Positions 27,212 to 36,732 of a stretch of 55,716 nt of DNA are shown here, piece by piece. A program made the position numbers and the translations under genes. Origin of the DNA: Patescibacteria group bacterium (GTDB lineage Bacteria; Patescibacteriota; Patescibacteriia; UBA1558; GWA2-36-10); contig JBAYIR010000007.1 in NCBI GenBank assembly GCA_041665505.1, forward strand, positions 1 to 55,716, given 5' to 3'. Under the pieces are notes generated by a model, which searched no databases, had not been told where the DNA came from, and saw only the letters and a program-made list of their open reading frames with translations. The number at the start of each line of letters is the position of its first letter. Within the stretch, counting starts at the first letter, position 1.

Positions 27212-27640
27212 ATGAAAAATATTTTTAGTAATATAGATTCAAAAATTATTAAATACATTAGTAAATCTTTTTTGACGCTTTGTATTTTTATATCTTTTAT
27301 AAGTGTGTTAAATTTTCCTGATGATTTGAAAAATTATGTTTGGGAATTCATGGTTTTTTCTTTTTTAGGTGGAGCTTCTATTTTATCTATAAATTCTAAA
27401 GAAACAAAATTATCCACGAATCAAATAGGATCTTTTATGGTGTTTACTAGTATTTTATTATTAGTTGGCTATGGAATATCTAAAGCAGAGGGGCCGGGGT
27501 TTATTAATGGTGTTATAGTACCATGGTTAAGCGTTATAATTTTATTTGTTAGTATATTTTTATTTTCTTTTGCTTTATCTGAATTGACAATAGAATTAGG
27601 TAAAAATATTTTTCCTAAAAAAATAAATAAATTGAAATAG
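27212..27640 (+). CDS. hypothetical membrane protein
   Basis: Four hydrophobic helices. No recognisable motif. Confidence 0.45.
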   Translation: MKNIFSNIDSKIIKYISKSFLTLCIFISFISVLNFPDDLKNYVWEFMVFSFLGGASILSINSKETKLSTNQIGSFMVFTSILLLVGYGISKAEGPGFINGVIVPWLSVIILFVSIFLFSFALSELTIELGKNIFPKKINKLK

Positions 27641-27641
27641 C

Positions 27642-27806
27642 ATGCCCTCCAAACTAAATGCCACTTGGCACCTCAAACACAAAATGCCAAAAAATCCTAG
27701 CTTAGACCAAAAAGTAGATTGGCATTTGGCGCACGCTAAAAATTGTCAGTGTCGGCCACTAGGTGCTAAAATATTAGAGGAAATAAAGAAAAATAAAAAT
27801 ACATGA
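27642..27806 (+). CDS. small conserved-looking protein (54 aa, not in ORF track)
   Basis: [39 protein letters not shown]... The stop codon overlaps the msrB start (ATGA). Confidence 0.45.
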   Translation: MPSKLNATWHLKHKMPKNPSLDQKVDWHLAHAKNCQCRPLGAKILEEIKKNKNT

Positions 27807-28156
27807 ATAAATTATCCGAGGAAGAAAAACGCGTGATTATAGATAAGGGCACCGAAGCACCCTTTACGGGTGAATATGTAAATACCAAAGAGGAGGGTGT
27901 CTATGTCTGCCGTCAATGTGGAGCTAAACTATATTATGCTCAAGACAAATTTGAGTCCGCTTGTGGTTGGCCCAGCTTTGATGATGAAATAAAAGGCGCG
28001 GTCAAGAAAACTCCCGATGCCGATGGACACAGGACTGAAATATCTTGCGCCAATTGTGGGGGACACTTGGGGCATTTGTTTTTGGGTGAAAAATTAACTG
28101 CCAAAAATATGCGTCACTGTGTCAATTCTATTTCCATGAAATTTATTAAAAAATAA
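27803..28156 (+). CDS. msrB: methionine-R-sulfoxide reductase MsrB
   Basis: [23 protein letters not shown] and RHCVNS motifs. Confidence 0.92.
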   Translation: MNKLSEEEKRVIIDKGTEAPFTGEYVNTKEEGVYVCRQCGAKLYYAQDKFESACGWPSFDDEIKGAVKKTPDADGHRTEISCANCGGHLGHLFLGEKLTAKNMRHCVNSISMKFIKK

Positions 28157-28157
28157 C

Positions 28158-28670
28158 ATGCCGGAAATTACTCTTCTATTTATTCTTTCCCAAATTGCAG
28201 TTTTTATTGCAATGATTTTTGATTTTTTGAGTTTTCAGTTTAAAAAAAGAAAATATACTTTTGTATGTTTTACAATCTCGGCTACTTTGATAAGTACTCA
28301 CTATTTTTTACTAGGTAAAAGCGCCGCTGGAGTGATAGTGTTTATATCAGCTATTAGGTTTATTGTTTCTTATTTTAAGCCAAACAAAAAATATTTATTT
28401 ATTTTTATAGGCTTAAATACTTTATCATTGCTATTTACCTACAAATTTCTCACCGACTTGGTTATTTATATTGCTTCCTTAGTAATCATCACTGGTAATT
28501 TTCAAGCCAATGACAAATTGATGAGGAGGATAATGATGCTAGGCACATCTATAGCTATAGTCTATAATATTATTATATTCTCACCTATGGCCGCTATCAT
28601 GGAAACATCATTTTTGATTAGCAATTTTCTGGGTTACTATAGGCATTATGTAAAAATAGAAAAGAAATAA
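28158..28670 (+). CDS. YgjV-like inner membrane protein
   Basis: Five TM helices and an N-terminal LSFQFKKRK motif. Confidence 0.45.
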   Translation: MPEITLLFILSQIAVFIAMIFDFLSFQFKKRKYTFVCFTISATLISTHYFLLGKSAAGVIVFISAIRFIVSYFKPNKKYLFIFIGLNTLSLLFTYKFLTDLVIYIASLVIITGNFQANDKLMRRIMMLGTSIAIVYNIIIFSPMAAIMETSFLISNFLGYYRHYVKIEKK

Positions 28671-28673
28671 AAT

Positions 28674-29441
28674 ATGAAAAATAAAATTCTTAAAAACAAA
28701 AAAATCTTAGTAGCTTTAATTGTAGTTTTAGGATTGGCTATTTATCTATATTTAGCCCATTTTTCTATCTACTATAAGCTCGGGCACACTGACCTCAGAC
28801 CAACTGATAGGCATATAGATTATACCATTACTAGTAGCCAAGAAAATTCTGTGGATTTTATTTATGTAGCCTTGGGGGATAGCTTGGCTTCTGGGGTGGG
28901 GGTAGATAAATACGAAGATTCTTATCCCTATTTATTGGCTGAGAAAATCGCTGCCGCTAGTGACAAGACTATTAGCTTAAAAAACTTTTCTTTTCCAGGA
29001 GCAAAGACTAGTCAAGTGATAAGCAATCAACTAAGTCAAGCTATTTCAGCTGAGCCAGATATGATCACAATATTGATTGGCACCAATGATGTCCACGGCA
29101 ATATCAGCTTAGATAAATTCAAAAAAAATTATGATTATATTTTAGAAAAATTAACTACTACTACCAAAGCAGAAATATATATTTTGGGACTGCCAAATAT
29201 TGGCACTGACAAATTATTGTGGCCACCTTATAATTATTATTTTAGACAAAAAACTAGCGACTATAATACTATCATCAAAGAGCTAGCTGATAAGTATAAT
29301 CTCGTGTATATTGATTTAGAAAAAGTGACTTTAGAAGAGTTTAATAAAGACAATAAGTATTATGCGTCGGATTTATTTCATCCCTCAGCTTTGGGTTATG
29401 ATATTTGGGCGCAAATAATATATGGAAATATTTATAAATAA
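28674..29441 (+). CDS. SGNH/GDSL hydrolase
   Basis: N-terminal TM helix, plus GDSLASG, GTND and DLFHPS blocks. Confidence 0.8.
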   Translation: MKNKILKNKKILVALIVVLGLAIYLYLAHFSIYYKLGHTDLRPTDRHIDYTITSSQENSVDFIYVALGDSLASGVGVDKYEDSYPYLLAEKIAAASDKTISLKNFSFPGAKTSQVISNQLSQAISAEPDMITILIGTNDVHGNISLDKFKKNYDYILEKLTTTTKAEIYILGLPNIGTDKLLWPPYNYYFRQKTSDYNTIIKELADKYNLVYIDLEKVTLEEFNKDNKYYASDLFHPSALGYDIWAQIIYGNIYK

Positions 29442-30531
29442 TCCAGTTCTCTCAACGAACATTTTTATTGTTATTTTTATAATAACACTTTTATTGACTA
29501 TCAGGTCAAAAGCTAGTCAGGAGTTTTTTTCTCAGGCAGTTTCCCAAGAGTTAAAAGGTTTGGCTACTTTGATGATAATCTTTGGTCATATTGGTTATTT
29601 TTTGGTTAGTGATCATCGCTTTTTATTTCCTTTGTCTATTTCAGCTGGAGTAGGGGTCAATTTGTTTTTATTTTTATCTGGCTACGGTTTGGCTAGTAGT
29701 GCCTTGTCCAAGTCTTTATCTATTTTTCAATTTTACAAAAAACGTTTGGCCAAATTATTTATTCCTATGTGGATAGTTTTGGTGGTTTTTTTATTGTTGG
29801 ATTATTTTATATTGAGCCGTACTTATAGCTGGACTTATATCTGGCATTCATTTTTGGGTTGGTTTCCGGTAGCTGACTTGGCTAGTGATTTGAATTCGCC
29901 TTTGTGGTATTTTTCTTTTATTTTGTTTTATTATCTGATATTTCCTTTGGTCTTTTCCAAAAAGTATTATTGGCTGACAGCTATTATTATTTATTTTATT
30001 TCTTATTATCTTTTGCGTTATAACACAGTAAATTCAGTAGATGTATTAAAGCTCTATAAAGTTCATCTTTTAGCCTTTCCATTAGGAGTGCTTATAGCTG
30101 GATTGTATTTTAATAGAAATAGATGGATTAGTATTATTAAAACTATTAAGACAATATTAAATCATCAGAGCTTTACTAAGAAAATGATTTATTATGTTAT
30201 TTTTTTCTCACTACTATTTGTAGTAGCTTACACTGCTTATCACTCCAATGTCGGCGACAAACCGATGAGAGAGCAGTTGACTAGTTTGTTGACGCTACTG
30301 GCAGTACTTGTAGTTTTTTTAATCAAAAAGTTTGATTGGAAGATATTTTCACTATTTGGACTTTATTCTTATGAAATATATTTGCTTCATTGGCCGCTTC
30401 TTTATCGCTATGATATGCTTTATAAGTACATTCCAGCTTGGCTAGCTACTGTTTTATATTTAGTGATATTTGTAGCTTTGGCTTGGGTTTTGAAAAAAGT
30501 TTCCAGTTTATTGGTAGCTAAAAAACATTAA
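29422..30531 (+). CDS. acyltransferase family 3 membrane protein
   Basis: About 10 TM helices, a conserved His near the N-terminus (FGHIGY), and an adjacent SGNH partner gene. Confidence 0.65.
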   Translation: MEIFINNPVLSTNIFIVIFIITLLLTIRSKASQEFFSQAVSQELKGLATLMIIFGHIGYFLVSDHRFLFPLSISAGVGVNLFLFLSGYGLASSALSKSLSIFQFYKKRLAKLFIPMWIVLVVFLLLDYFILSRTYSWTYIWHSFLGWFPVADLASDLNSPLWYFSFILFYYLIFPLVFSKKYYWLTAIIIYFISYYLLRYNTVNSVDVLKLYKVHLLAFPLGVLIAGLYFNRNRWISIIKTIKTILNHQSFTKKMIYYVIFFSLLFVVAYTAYHSNVGDKPMREQLTSLLTLLAVLVVFLIKKFDWKIFSLFGLYSYEIYLLHWPLLYRYDMLYKYIPAWLATVLYLVIFVALAWVLKKVSSLLVAKKH

Positions 30532-30541
30532 AATAAATTTT

Positions 30542-31117
30542 ATGACATCATCAACAACAAAAAATTTTTCTCAGCAGCCACGTTATGAATATATTCTTTT
30601 GTGGACAGTTATACTAACTGCTCTTGATTTTTTAGTACATAGTATCTCAGGTAGTCTTGGTCTAGTGATAACTATAACTTTCTTTACTTTCATAATTTTA
30701 GTTCTTATTACTTCTCGATGGTTTTTGAATGATTTATATATTGGTCATAGAAACATTTTTTGGCAAAACAGATATCCATTAGATAAAATAAAAAAAATTT
30801 ATGCTGCCAAAATACCGACAAATCAATCTGGTCTACAAACTGCTTCCAAATTTGGCGAAGTTGTCGCGGCTGCCAGTCAAGCTACCGGACGCCAAATGCC
30901 GGTACTCAGTAGTGAACAAATTGAATCATTGGCTCAAAGTATGGCACCCATGCAAATTTGGTTAGATCTTGAAAAAGATGGACAAATACAATCTTTGCCA
31001 TTAGTTGAATTGAATAAACGAATAGTTGGCTTAAAAAAGCTTTTTCAGATTTTACAAAAATTATCCACTCAAAGACCAGAGTTGGTGGATAAGGAAATTT
31101 TTAAATTATTTTTTTAA
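30542..31117 (+). CDS. hypothetical membrane protein
   Basis: Two TM helices followed by a soluble domain. Confidence 0.4.
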   Translation: MTSSTTKNFSQQPRYEYILLWTVILTALDFLVHSISGSLGLVITITFFTFIILVLITSRWFLNDLYIGHRNIFWQNRYPLDKIKKIYAAKIPTNQSGLQTASKFGEVVAAASQATGRQMPVLSSEQIESLAQSMAPMQIWLDLEKDGQIQSLPLVELNKRIVGLKKLFQILQKLSTQRPELVDKEIFKLFF

Positions 31118-31127
31118 AAATAACTCT

Positions 31128-31502
31128 ATGAAAAAAAACAAAGGAAAAATTTTATTAAACACCCTATTTTGGGGGTTTATTCTGTGGCTCATAGGCTATA
31201 TTTTGGGCCTGGTATTTTTTGCTTTTGTCCCCAAAGAGCAGATTGGCTGGTATGTCATGCCACTAGGTATTATCATTACTCTTTGGATCCTAGCCAAAAA
31301 AATCAAAAGAGATTCATTTGGCTGTTATATTGGTTTAGGTGTCATCTGGACAATTGTAGCTATGCTCTTAGATTATATTTTTATAGTCAAAATGTTTAAT
31401 TCTAGTGATTATTATAAGCTGGATGTTTATGTGTATTATGTAGTTACTTTTATTTTACCGATTTTGTTTGCAATAAGAAAATTTAATAAACATAAAATAT
31501 AA
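31128..31502 (+). CDS. hypothetical membrane protein
   Basis: Four TM helices. Confidence 0.4.
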   Translation: MKKNKGKILLNTLFWGFILWLIGYILGLVFFAFVPKEQIGWYVMPLGIIITLWILAKKIKRDSFGCYIGLGVIWTIVAMLLDYIFIVKMFNSSDYYKLDVYVYYVVTFILPILFAIRKFNKHKI

Positions 31503-31506
31503 AATT

Positions 31507-31953
31507 ATGAATCTTAAGCAATTTTTTGTTGGCCGTGCTATTGGCTTTATCGTAGTGTTAATTCTAGTAGGCTTATATTTTTATTTTTTCAAAAGTGCAC
31601 CAGCTAGTAATGTCAATGAAAATAATAATGAAAATGATATTGTCTGCACTATGGAGGCCAAAGAGTGTCCAGATGGATCTTATGTTGGCCGCAGTGGTCC
31701 AAACTGTCAATTTGCTCCTTGCCCAGAGTTAAAATCTAGTATGACCGAAGCAGAAGCCAGAGCTATGGCTGAGCAAACTTGTATTAAGGGAGGTGAGTCT
31801 TTAACACCGGGCACTTATAATGCTAAAAGCAAAAATTGGTCGTTTCAGGCTAATTTAAATACAGTTAAACAAGGTTGTAGTCCGGCTTGTGTGTTAAGTG
31901 AAGAAACTAAACAAGCAGAGTTAAAGTGGAATTGTACTGGTTTTGTTAAATAA
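31507..31953 (+). CDS. membrane-anchored Cys-rich hypothetical protein
   Basis: The N-terminal anchor is similar to that of the next gene. Confidence 0.45.
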   Translation: MNLKQFFVGRAIGFIVVLILVGLYFYFFKSAPASNVNENNNENDIVCTMEAKECPDGSYVGRSGPNCQFAPCPELKSSMTEAEARAMAEQTCIKGGESLTPGTYNAKSKNWSFQANLNTVKQGCSPACVLSEETKQAELKWNCTGFVK

Positions 31954-31956
31954 TAT

Positions 31957-32538
31957 ATGAATATAAAAAAAATTTATTTAGGCAGAACAATTGGCTTTAT
32001 AGTAGTACTGGTTTTAGCTTTACTTTATTTAGCTTTTTTCAAAAGTAATTCAGCTAGCAATGAAAACATAAATAAAAACTTCAATGAAAATAATATTAGG
32101 GCTGAACTGAGTAATTGGCTGACATTTGAAGATAAGGAACAAAAAATCAGCTGGCTTTATCCTGAAAAATTAAGTGCCAATTTTATTAGTAGCCAAACTT
32201 GGCCACCAAGAGTCAGCTTATCAAATATGGCTTATAAGTGCCCAGTGACTGAGGCTGGTAGTAGCTTGCCAGACAGAACTATGGAACGCCAAGTTGATGA
32301 CCGGACATATTGTGTCACCGCTACTAGTGAAGGAGCAGCGGGTAGTGTCTTTACTGATTATACTTATAGCCGAGTGAGAGACGGAAAATTGATCAATATT
32401 ACTTTTGCTCTTAGATACCCTCAGTGTGACAATTATGATGATACACAGAAAAGCGCTTGCAAAGGAGAAAGAGAAACTTTTGATTTGGATAGTGTTATAG
32501 ACAAAATTGCTCAAAGCCTTTCTCTGGTAGGGGAATAG
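31957..32538 (+). CDS. membrane-anchored hypothetical protein (paralogous N-terminus)
   Basis: MNIKKIYLGRTIGFIVVLVL aligns with MNLKQFFVGRAIGFIVVLIL of the previous gene. Confidence 0.45.
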   Translation: MNIKKIYLGRTIGFIVVLVLALLYLAFFKSNSASNENINKNFNENNIRAELSNWLTFEDKEQKISWLYPEKLSANFISSQTWPPRVSLSNMAYKCPVTEAGSSLPDRTMERQVDDRTYCVTATSEGAAGSVFTDYTYSRVRDGKLINITFALRYPQCDNYDDTQKSACKGERETFDLDSVIDKIAQSLSLVGE

Positions 32539-32599
32539 TTATTTTAAATTAGCTAATAAATATAGAAAACAAGACTATCTGTCTTGTTTTTTGGTATAA

Positions 32600-32628
32600 T
32601 TGACAAATTTGATAATTTATGATGTAAT
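32600..32628 (+). promoter_or_regulatory. promoter of island C
   Basis: TTGACA, 17-nt spacer, TGTAAT with a TGn extension. Confidence 0.6.
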
Positions 32629-32674
32629 CTGCTTACTGGAAGCAATCACCCCATACTTCAGGGAGGAAAAGTCC

Positions 32675-32989
32675 ATGAATGATTTTGACGACGTACTCCA
32701 ATATGGTCCTCATGAACCCTCGAGGTCCAGGACGCCCAGCATCTTCAATGGCAACCACTGCACTTGTGGTGGTTTGGTCAATTTGCAGACGGGCGTCTGC
32801 TGGCGGTGCCACCACCAGCACACTCTCGATCTGGATGGCGGCCAGCGCAATGCCAAGCCCAAGCCTCAGGTCTCTGAGGCAGAAAACTTGTTGCGATCGG
32901 TCAGCCTCAGCGAGAAGCAGTGCGATCTCTGCTTTCATGGAACCATCGGCGAGGATGGAAAATGTGATGTATGTGAGAACAGTCCGTAA
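32675..32989 (+). CDS. island ORF C1: double zinc-ribbon-like protein (104 aa)
   Basis: Start moved to the ATG at 32675, which has SD GGGAGGA 7 nt upstream. Motifs CTC...CWRC and CDLC...CDVC. Confidence 0.65.
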   Translation: MNDFDDVLQYGPHEPSRSRTPSIFNGNHCTCGGLVNLQTGVCWRCHHQHTLDLDGGQRNAKPKPQVSEAENLLRSVSLSEKQCDLCFHGTIGEDGKCDVCENSP

Positions 32990-33034
32990 ATCATTGCGGA
33001 CCATTCTAGGCGCTATCAGCGCCATTGCCTTCCA

Positions 33035-33069
33035 GAGAGCCGCGGACATGTTCGCGGCTCTCTCCTTTT
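33035..33069 (+). terminator. island C terminator
   Basis: 10-bp stem gagagccgcg/cgcggctctc followed by cttttt. Confidence 0.7.
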
Positions 33070-33109
33070 TACAAAAAATATGTTAAGATAAAAGAGTTTT
33101 AATAGTCAT

Positions 33110-33700
33110 ATGATAACAGCAGTAATATTTGATTTAAATGGTGTCTTTGTTCAAAGCCCTTATCTTAGTGATAGGTTTGAGGCTGAATTTGGTATAGCTA
33201 AAGAAGAGTTTATACCAGCCTTAAAAGATGTTTTAGTCAAAGCTCGTCGCTCTCAGACGGGTGATAGTTTTAAATATTGGCAGGAGTATCTAGATAAATG
33301 GCAAATTAATCTGAGCTCAGAACAATTTTTTGATTTTTGGTTTAAAGCCGAAAAAGAAGATCAGGCCATGATAGATTTGGCCAAAGAATTAAAAGCGTGG
33401 GGTCTTAAAATATTTATTTTGTCCAATAATTTTTCGGAGCGAGCCAAACATTATCAGCAATTATTTTCTTTTTTAGAAAATATTTTTGATAAAATATATT
33501 ATTCTTGGCAAACTGGTTTTGTAAAACCAGATAAAATGGCTTATCAAAATGTCCTGACAGAAAATAATTTATCAGCTGAGGAATGTTTTTATTTTGATAA
33601 TTCTCAAAAAAATGTGGACGTAGCTAAAGATTTGGGCTTTAAAGCTTTTTTGTTTGAAGGAGCTGAAGCTACTAGAAAAACTATTGAAAAATTTTTGTGA
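33110..33700 (+). CDS. HAD-superfamily hydrolase
   Basis: Motif I IFDLNGV, and a later SNN and D residues. Confidence 0.7.
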   Translation: MITAVIFDLNGVFVQSPYLSDRFEAEFGIAKEEFIPALKDVLVKARRSQTGDSFKYWQEYLDKWQINLSSEQFFDFWFKAEKEDQAMIDLAKELKAWGLKIFILSNNFSERAKHYQQLFSFLENIFDKIYYSWQTGFVKPDKMAYQNVLTENNLSAEECFYFDNSQKNVDVAKDLGFKAFLFEGAEATRKTIEKFL

Positions 33701-33729
33701 TGTATATATCAATAAATTTAATTTAAAAT

Positions 33730-34731
33730 ATGAATCTAGAAAAATTATATAAAATTTTGGAAGATCAACCCAAATATCGGATTGAGCAGGCCAAAGATGC
33801 CATATTCAAAAAATTGGCTAGCAATTGGTCAGAGGCTAGCAATCTTTCCAAAGATATAAAAGAAAAATTAAATAAAGAATGCCCCCTAGAGATTGATGGG
33901 CAGATTTTTGCTTCGCGAGACACCAAAACTACCAAAGCCTTGATTACTTTAGCTGATGGCTTGCAAATTGAAACTGTCATGCTGTCGCACAAAGATGGTC
34001 GTCACACTGTCTGTGTATCTACTCAGGTTGGTTGTCCTTTGGCTTGTACTTTTTGTGCCACTGGCAAATTGGGTTTAAAAAGAAATTTGGAAGTAGAGGA
34101 AATGTTGGAGCAAGTATTATTTTTTTCTCGTTTACTCAAAGAAGAAGACAGTCGGGTATCCAACGTAGTTTTTATGGGCATGGGGGAGCCATTTTTAAAT
34201 TATGATAAAACTCTCAAAGCTATTTCTTATCTCAATCAAGATTTAGGTATTGGCGCTCGGCATATTTCTATTTCTACTAGCGGAGTAGTGACTGGTATCA
34301 AAAAATTAGCCAATCAGCCACTGCAAATCAATCTAGCTATATCTTTGCATGCTCCCAATCAAAAATTGCGTCTAGAGTTGATGCCAATTGCTAAGCGCTG
34401 GCCACTAAATGATTTGTTTGAGGCGGTTGATAATTATATTGCCAAAACTGGCCGTCGAGTTATGTTTGAATATTTGATGATCAAAGGAGTAAATGATAGT
34501 GTGGTTCTAGCTCAACAATTGGCCAAATTGATGAACAAGCCTCTATATATGGTCAACTTAATAGCTTATAATCCGACTGATGTTTTCAAAGCATCAGATA
34601 AAAAAACTATCGAGACTTTCAGAAATACTCTAGAGCAAGCTGGTATAGCAGTTACTCAGCGCTATAGTTTTGGTCAGGATATAGACGCCGCTTGCGGACA
34701 GCTGGCCAATAAAAACAATCGCCAGAAATAA
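33730..34731 (+). CDS. rlmN: 23S rRNA/tRNA (adenine-C2)-methyltransferase RlmN (radical SAM)
   Basis: CPLACTFCATG and MGMGEP motifs, plus the C-terminal Cys motif DIDAACGQL. Confidence 0.9.
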   Translation: MNLEKLYKILEDQPKYRIEQAKDAIFKKLASNWSEASNLSKDIKEKLNKECPLEIDGQIFASRDTKTTKALITLADGLQIETVMLSHKDGRHTVCVSTQVGCPLACTFCATGKLGLKRNLEVEEMLEQVLFFSRLLKEEDSRVSNVVFMGMGEPFLNYDKTLKAISYLNQDLGIGARHISISTSGVVTGIKKLANQPLQINLAISLHAPNQKLRLELMPIAKRWPLNDLFEAVDNYIAKTGRRVMFEYLMIKGVNDSVVLAQQLAKLMNKPLYMVNLIAYNPTDVFKASDKKTIETFRNTLEQAGIAVTQRYSFGQDIDAACGQLANKNNRQK

Positions 34732-34874
34732 TTTTCTCCGTATATAAAAAATATTGGTCATTATTAGTAGTTAATATATTTAGTTTTTACAAGCTAGGAG
34801 CTATTTTTGTTTGCCCTTAGCTAGTTTACATAGCTTTAAAAATATGGTATAAAATATGTTACTGATTTTATATT

Positions 34875-36731
34875 ATGTCAGATAAAATATTTAAATTAAA
34901 ATCCAATTTTGAACCAGCTGGTGATCAACCTCAAGCTATTAGTAAGCTCACTACAGGCTTATTAAAAGGGGACAACTATCAAACTCTTTTGGGTGTGACT
35001 GGTTCGGGCAAGACTTTTACCATGGCCAATGTCATAGCCAATTACAACAAGCCAACTTTGGTCATTGCCCCCAACAAAGCCTTAGCGGCTCAGCTTTATC
35101 GTGAATACAAAAACTTTTTTCCTGAGAATTCAGTCAATTATTTTGTTTCTTATTATGATTATTATCAGCCCGAGGCTTATATGCCAGTGTCTGATACTTA
35201 TATAGAAAAGGAAGCTATGATAAACGATGAAATAGATCGTTTACGCCATCAGGCTACCAGTGCCTTATTGACCAGAAAAGATGTTATTATTGTGGCTTCA
35301 GTCTCTTGCATATACAACCTTGGTATTCCCCTAAATTATATGGAGCATTCGCTCCGTTTGGCTTTAGGTCAAAGTATTGTCCGCGGTGATTTTATAAAAC
35401 AATTGGTCAAAATGCAATTTAACCGGACACCCGGAGAATTAAAAAGAGGTTTTTTTAGAGTCAGGGGTGATGTCTTTGAAATCAGATTGGCCTCAGAAGA
35501 ATTGGTCTATCGGATAGAATTGAGTGAACAAAAAATTAGTTCAATCGCCGTAGTGGATAAATTGACCAAAAAAATCAAAGAAGAAGTCAAAGAGATATTG
35601 ATATTTCCACCCAAGCATTTTGTGTCTTCTCAGCCAGAAATAGCTCGAGCCATTCAAGATATCAAAGATGAGCTCAAAGAAAGATTGAGGTTTTTTGAAA
35701 AAAACAAGCTTTATTTGGAATATGAAAGGTTAGAAAGACGCACTCGTTTTGATATGGAAATGATGACTTCACTGGGTTATTGTCACGGTATAGAAAATTA
35801 TTCTCGTCATTTGACTGGCAAGTTGACTGGTCAAGCACCAGATACATTACTAGCTTATTTCCCAGTCAAAAATGGTCAAGCGGATTTTTTGACTATTATT
35901 GATGAATCACATATTGGCTTGCCTCAAATCAGAGGTATGTATGCTGGAGATAAAAGTCGCAAAGAAACTCTAGCCAAATATGGCTGGCGACTACCTTCAG
36001 CGCTAGACAATCGACCATTGCGTTTTGAAGAATTCAAAGAGCGAGTCGGGCAGATAATATTTACGACGGCCACTCCAGGTGATTGGGAATTAAAAAATTC
36101 CAAACAAATTGTAGAACAAGTAATTAGACCAACGGGCTTGGTAGATCCGCCTATTGATATCCGTCCAGTCTTTAATAAAACTACTAATCGCAGTCAGATA
36201 GATGATATTGTCGACGAGATAATCAGATTGGCCAAAAGAAAAGAAAGAGTGATAGTCAATACTCTGACCAAGCGGCAAGCGGAAGATCTCCATGCTTATT
36301 TGAAAAAGAAAAAAATCAAATCAAATTATATTCATTCGGATATCAAGACTATTGAGCGAACAGATATTTTGATGGATTTTCGCACGGGCAAATTTGATGT
36401 TTTAGTGGGTGTTAATTTGCTACGAGAAGGTTTGGATTTACCAGAAGTCTCTCTAGTGGCTATTTTAGACGCTGATCGGGAAGGTTTTTTGCGTAGTGAT
36501 ACTTCGCTGATTCAAATCATGGGTCGGACAGCTAGAAATGTGCGCGGAGTAGTGATTCTCTACGCTGATCGTATGACGGGCTCTATTAAAAGGGCAGTAG
36601 AGGAGGTAAATAGAAGAAGAATTATTCAGCTGGCTTATAATCAAAAACATAATATTAAACCGCAGACAATTAGCAAAAAAATTGAAAGTTTTTTGGGTAT
36701 AGAAAATGAAACAAAAGTTAAAAGAAAATAA
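34875..36731 (+). CDS. uvrB: excinuclease ABC subunit B (618 aa, short C-terminus)
   Basis: GVTGSGKT, DESH and other helicase motifs, and a beta-hairpin region. Confidence 0.95.
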   Translation: MSDKIFKLKSNFEPAGDQPQAISKLTTGLLKGDNYQTLLGVTGSGKTFTMANVIANYNKPTLVIAPNKALAAQLYREYKNFFPENSVNYFVSYYDYYQPEAYMPVSDTYIEKEAMINDEIDRLRHQATSALLTRKDVIIVASVSCIYNLGIPLNYMEHSLRLALGQSIVRGDFIKQLVKMQFNRTPGELKRGFFRVRGDVFEIRLASEELVYRIELSEQKISSIAVVDKLTKKIKEEVKEILIFPPKHFVSSQPEIARAIQDIKDELKERLRFFEKNKLYLEYERLERRTRFDMEMMTSLGYCHGIENYSRHLTGKLTGQAPDTLLAYFPVKNGQADFLTIIDESHIGLPQIRGMYAGDKSRKETLAKYGWRLPSALDNRPLRFEEFKERVGQIIFTTATPGDWELKNSKQIVEQVIRPTGLVDPPIDIRPVFNKTTNRSQIDDIVDEIIRLAKRKERVIVNTLTKRQAEDLHAYLKKKKIKSNYIHSDIKTIERTDILMDFRTGKFDVLVGVNLLREGLDLPEVSLVAILDADREGFLRSDTSLIQIMGRTARNVRGVVILYADRMTGSIKRAVEEVNRRRIIQLAYNQKHNIKPQTISKKIESFLGIENETKVKRK

Positions 36732-36732
36732 C

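Noticed and set aside
32600-33086. TTG-extended C1 (from 32600), antisense ORF 32633-33049, and frame-shifted ORF 32679-33086
   Set aside because: Position 32600 is the -35 hexamer itself. The other two ORFs lack SD and promoter support and run through the terminator.
36706-36732. Upstream ATG (36706) as the uvrA start
   Set aside because: It would overlap uvrB by 26 nt and add 9 residues before the conserved N-terminus. The ATG at 36733 gives the canonical M..I.I.GAR.HNLKNI start.
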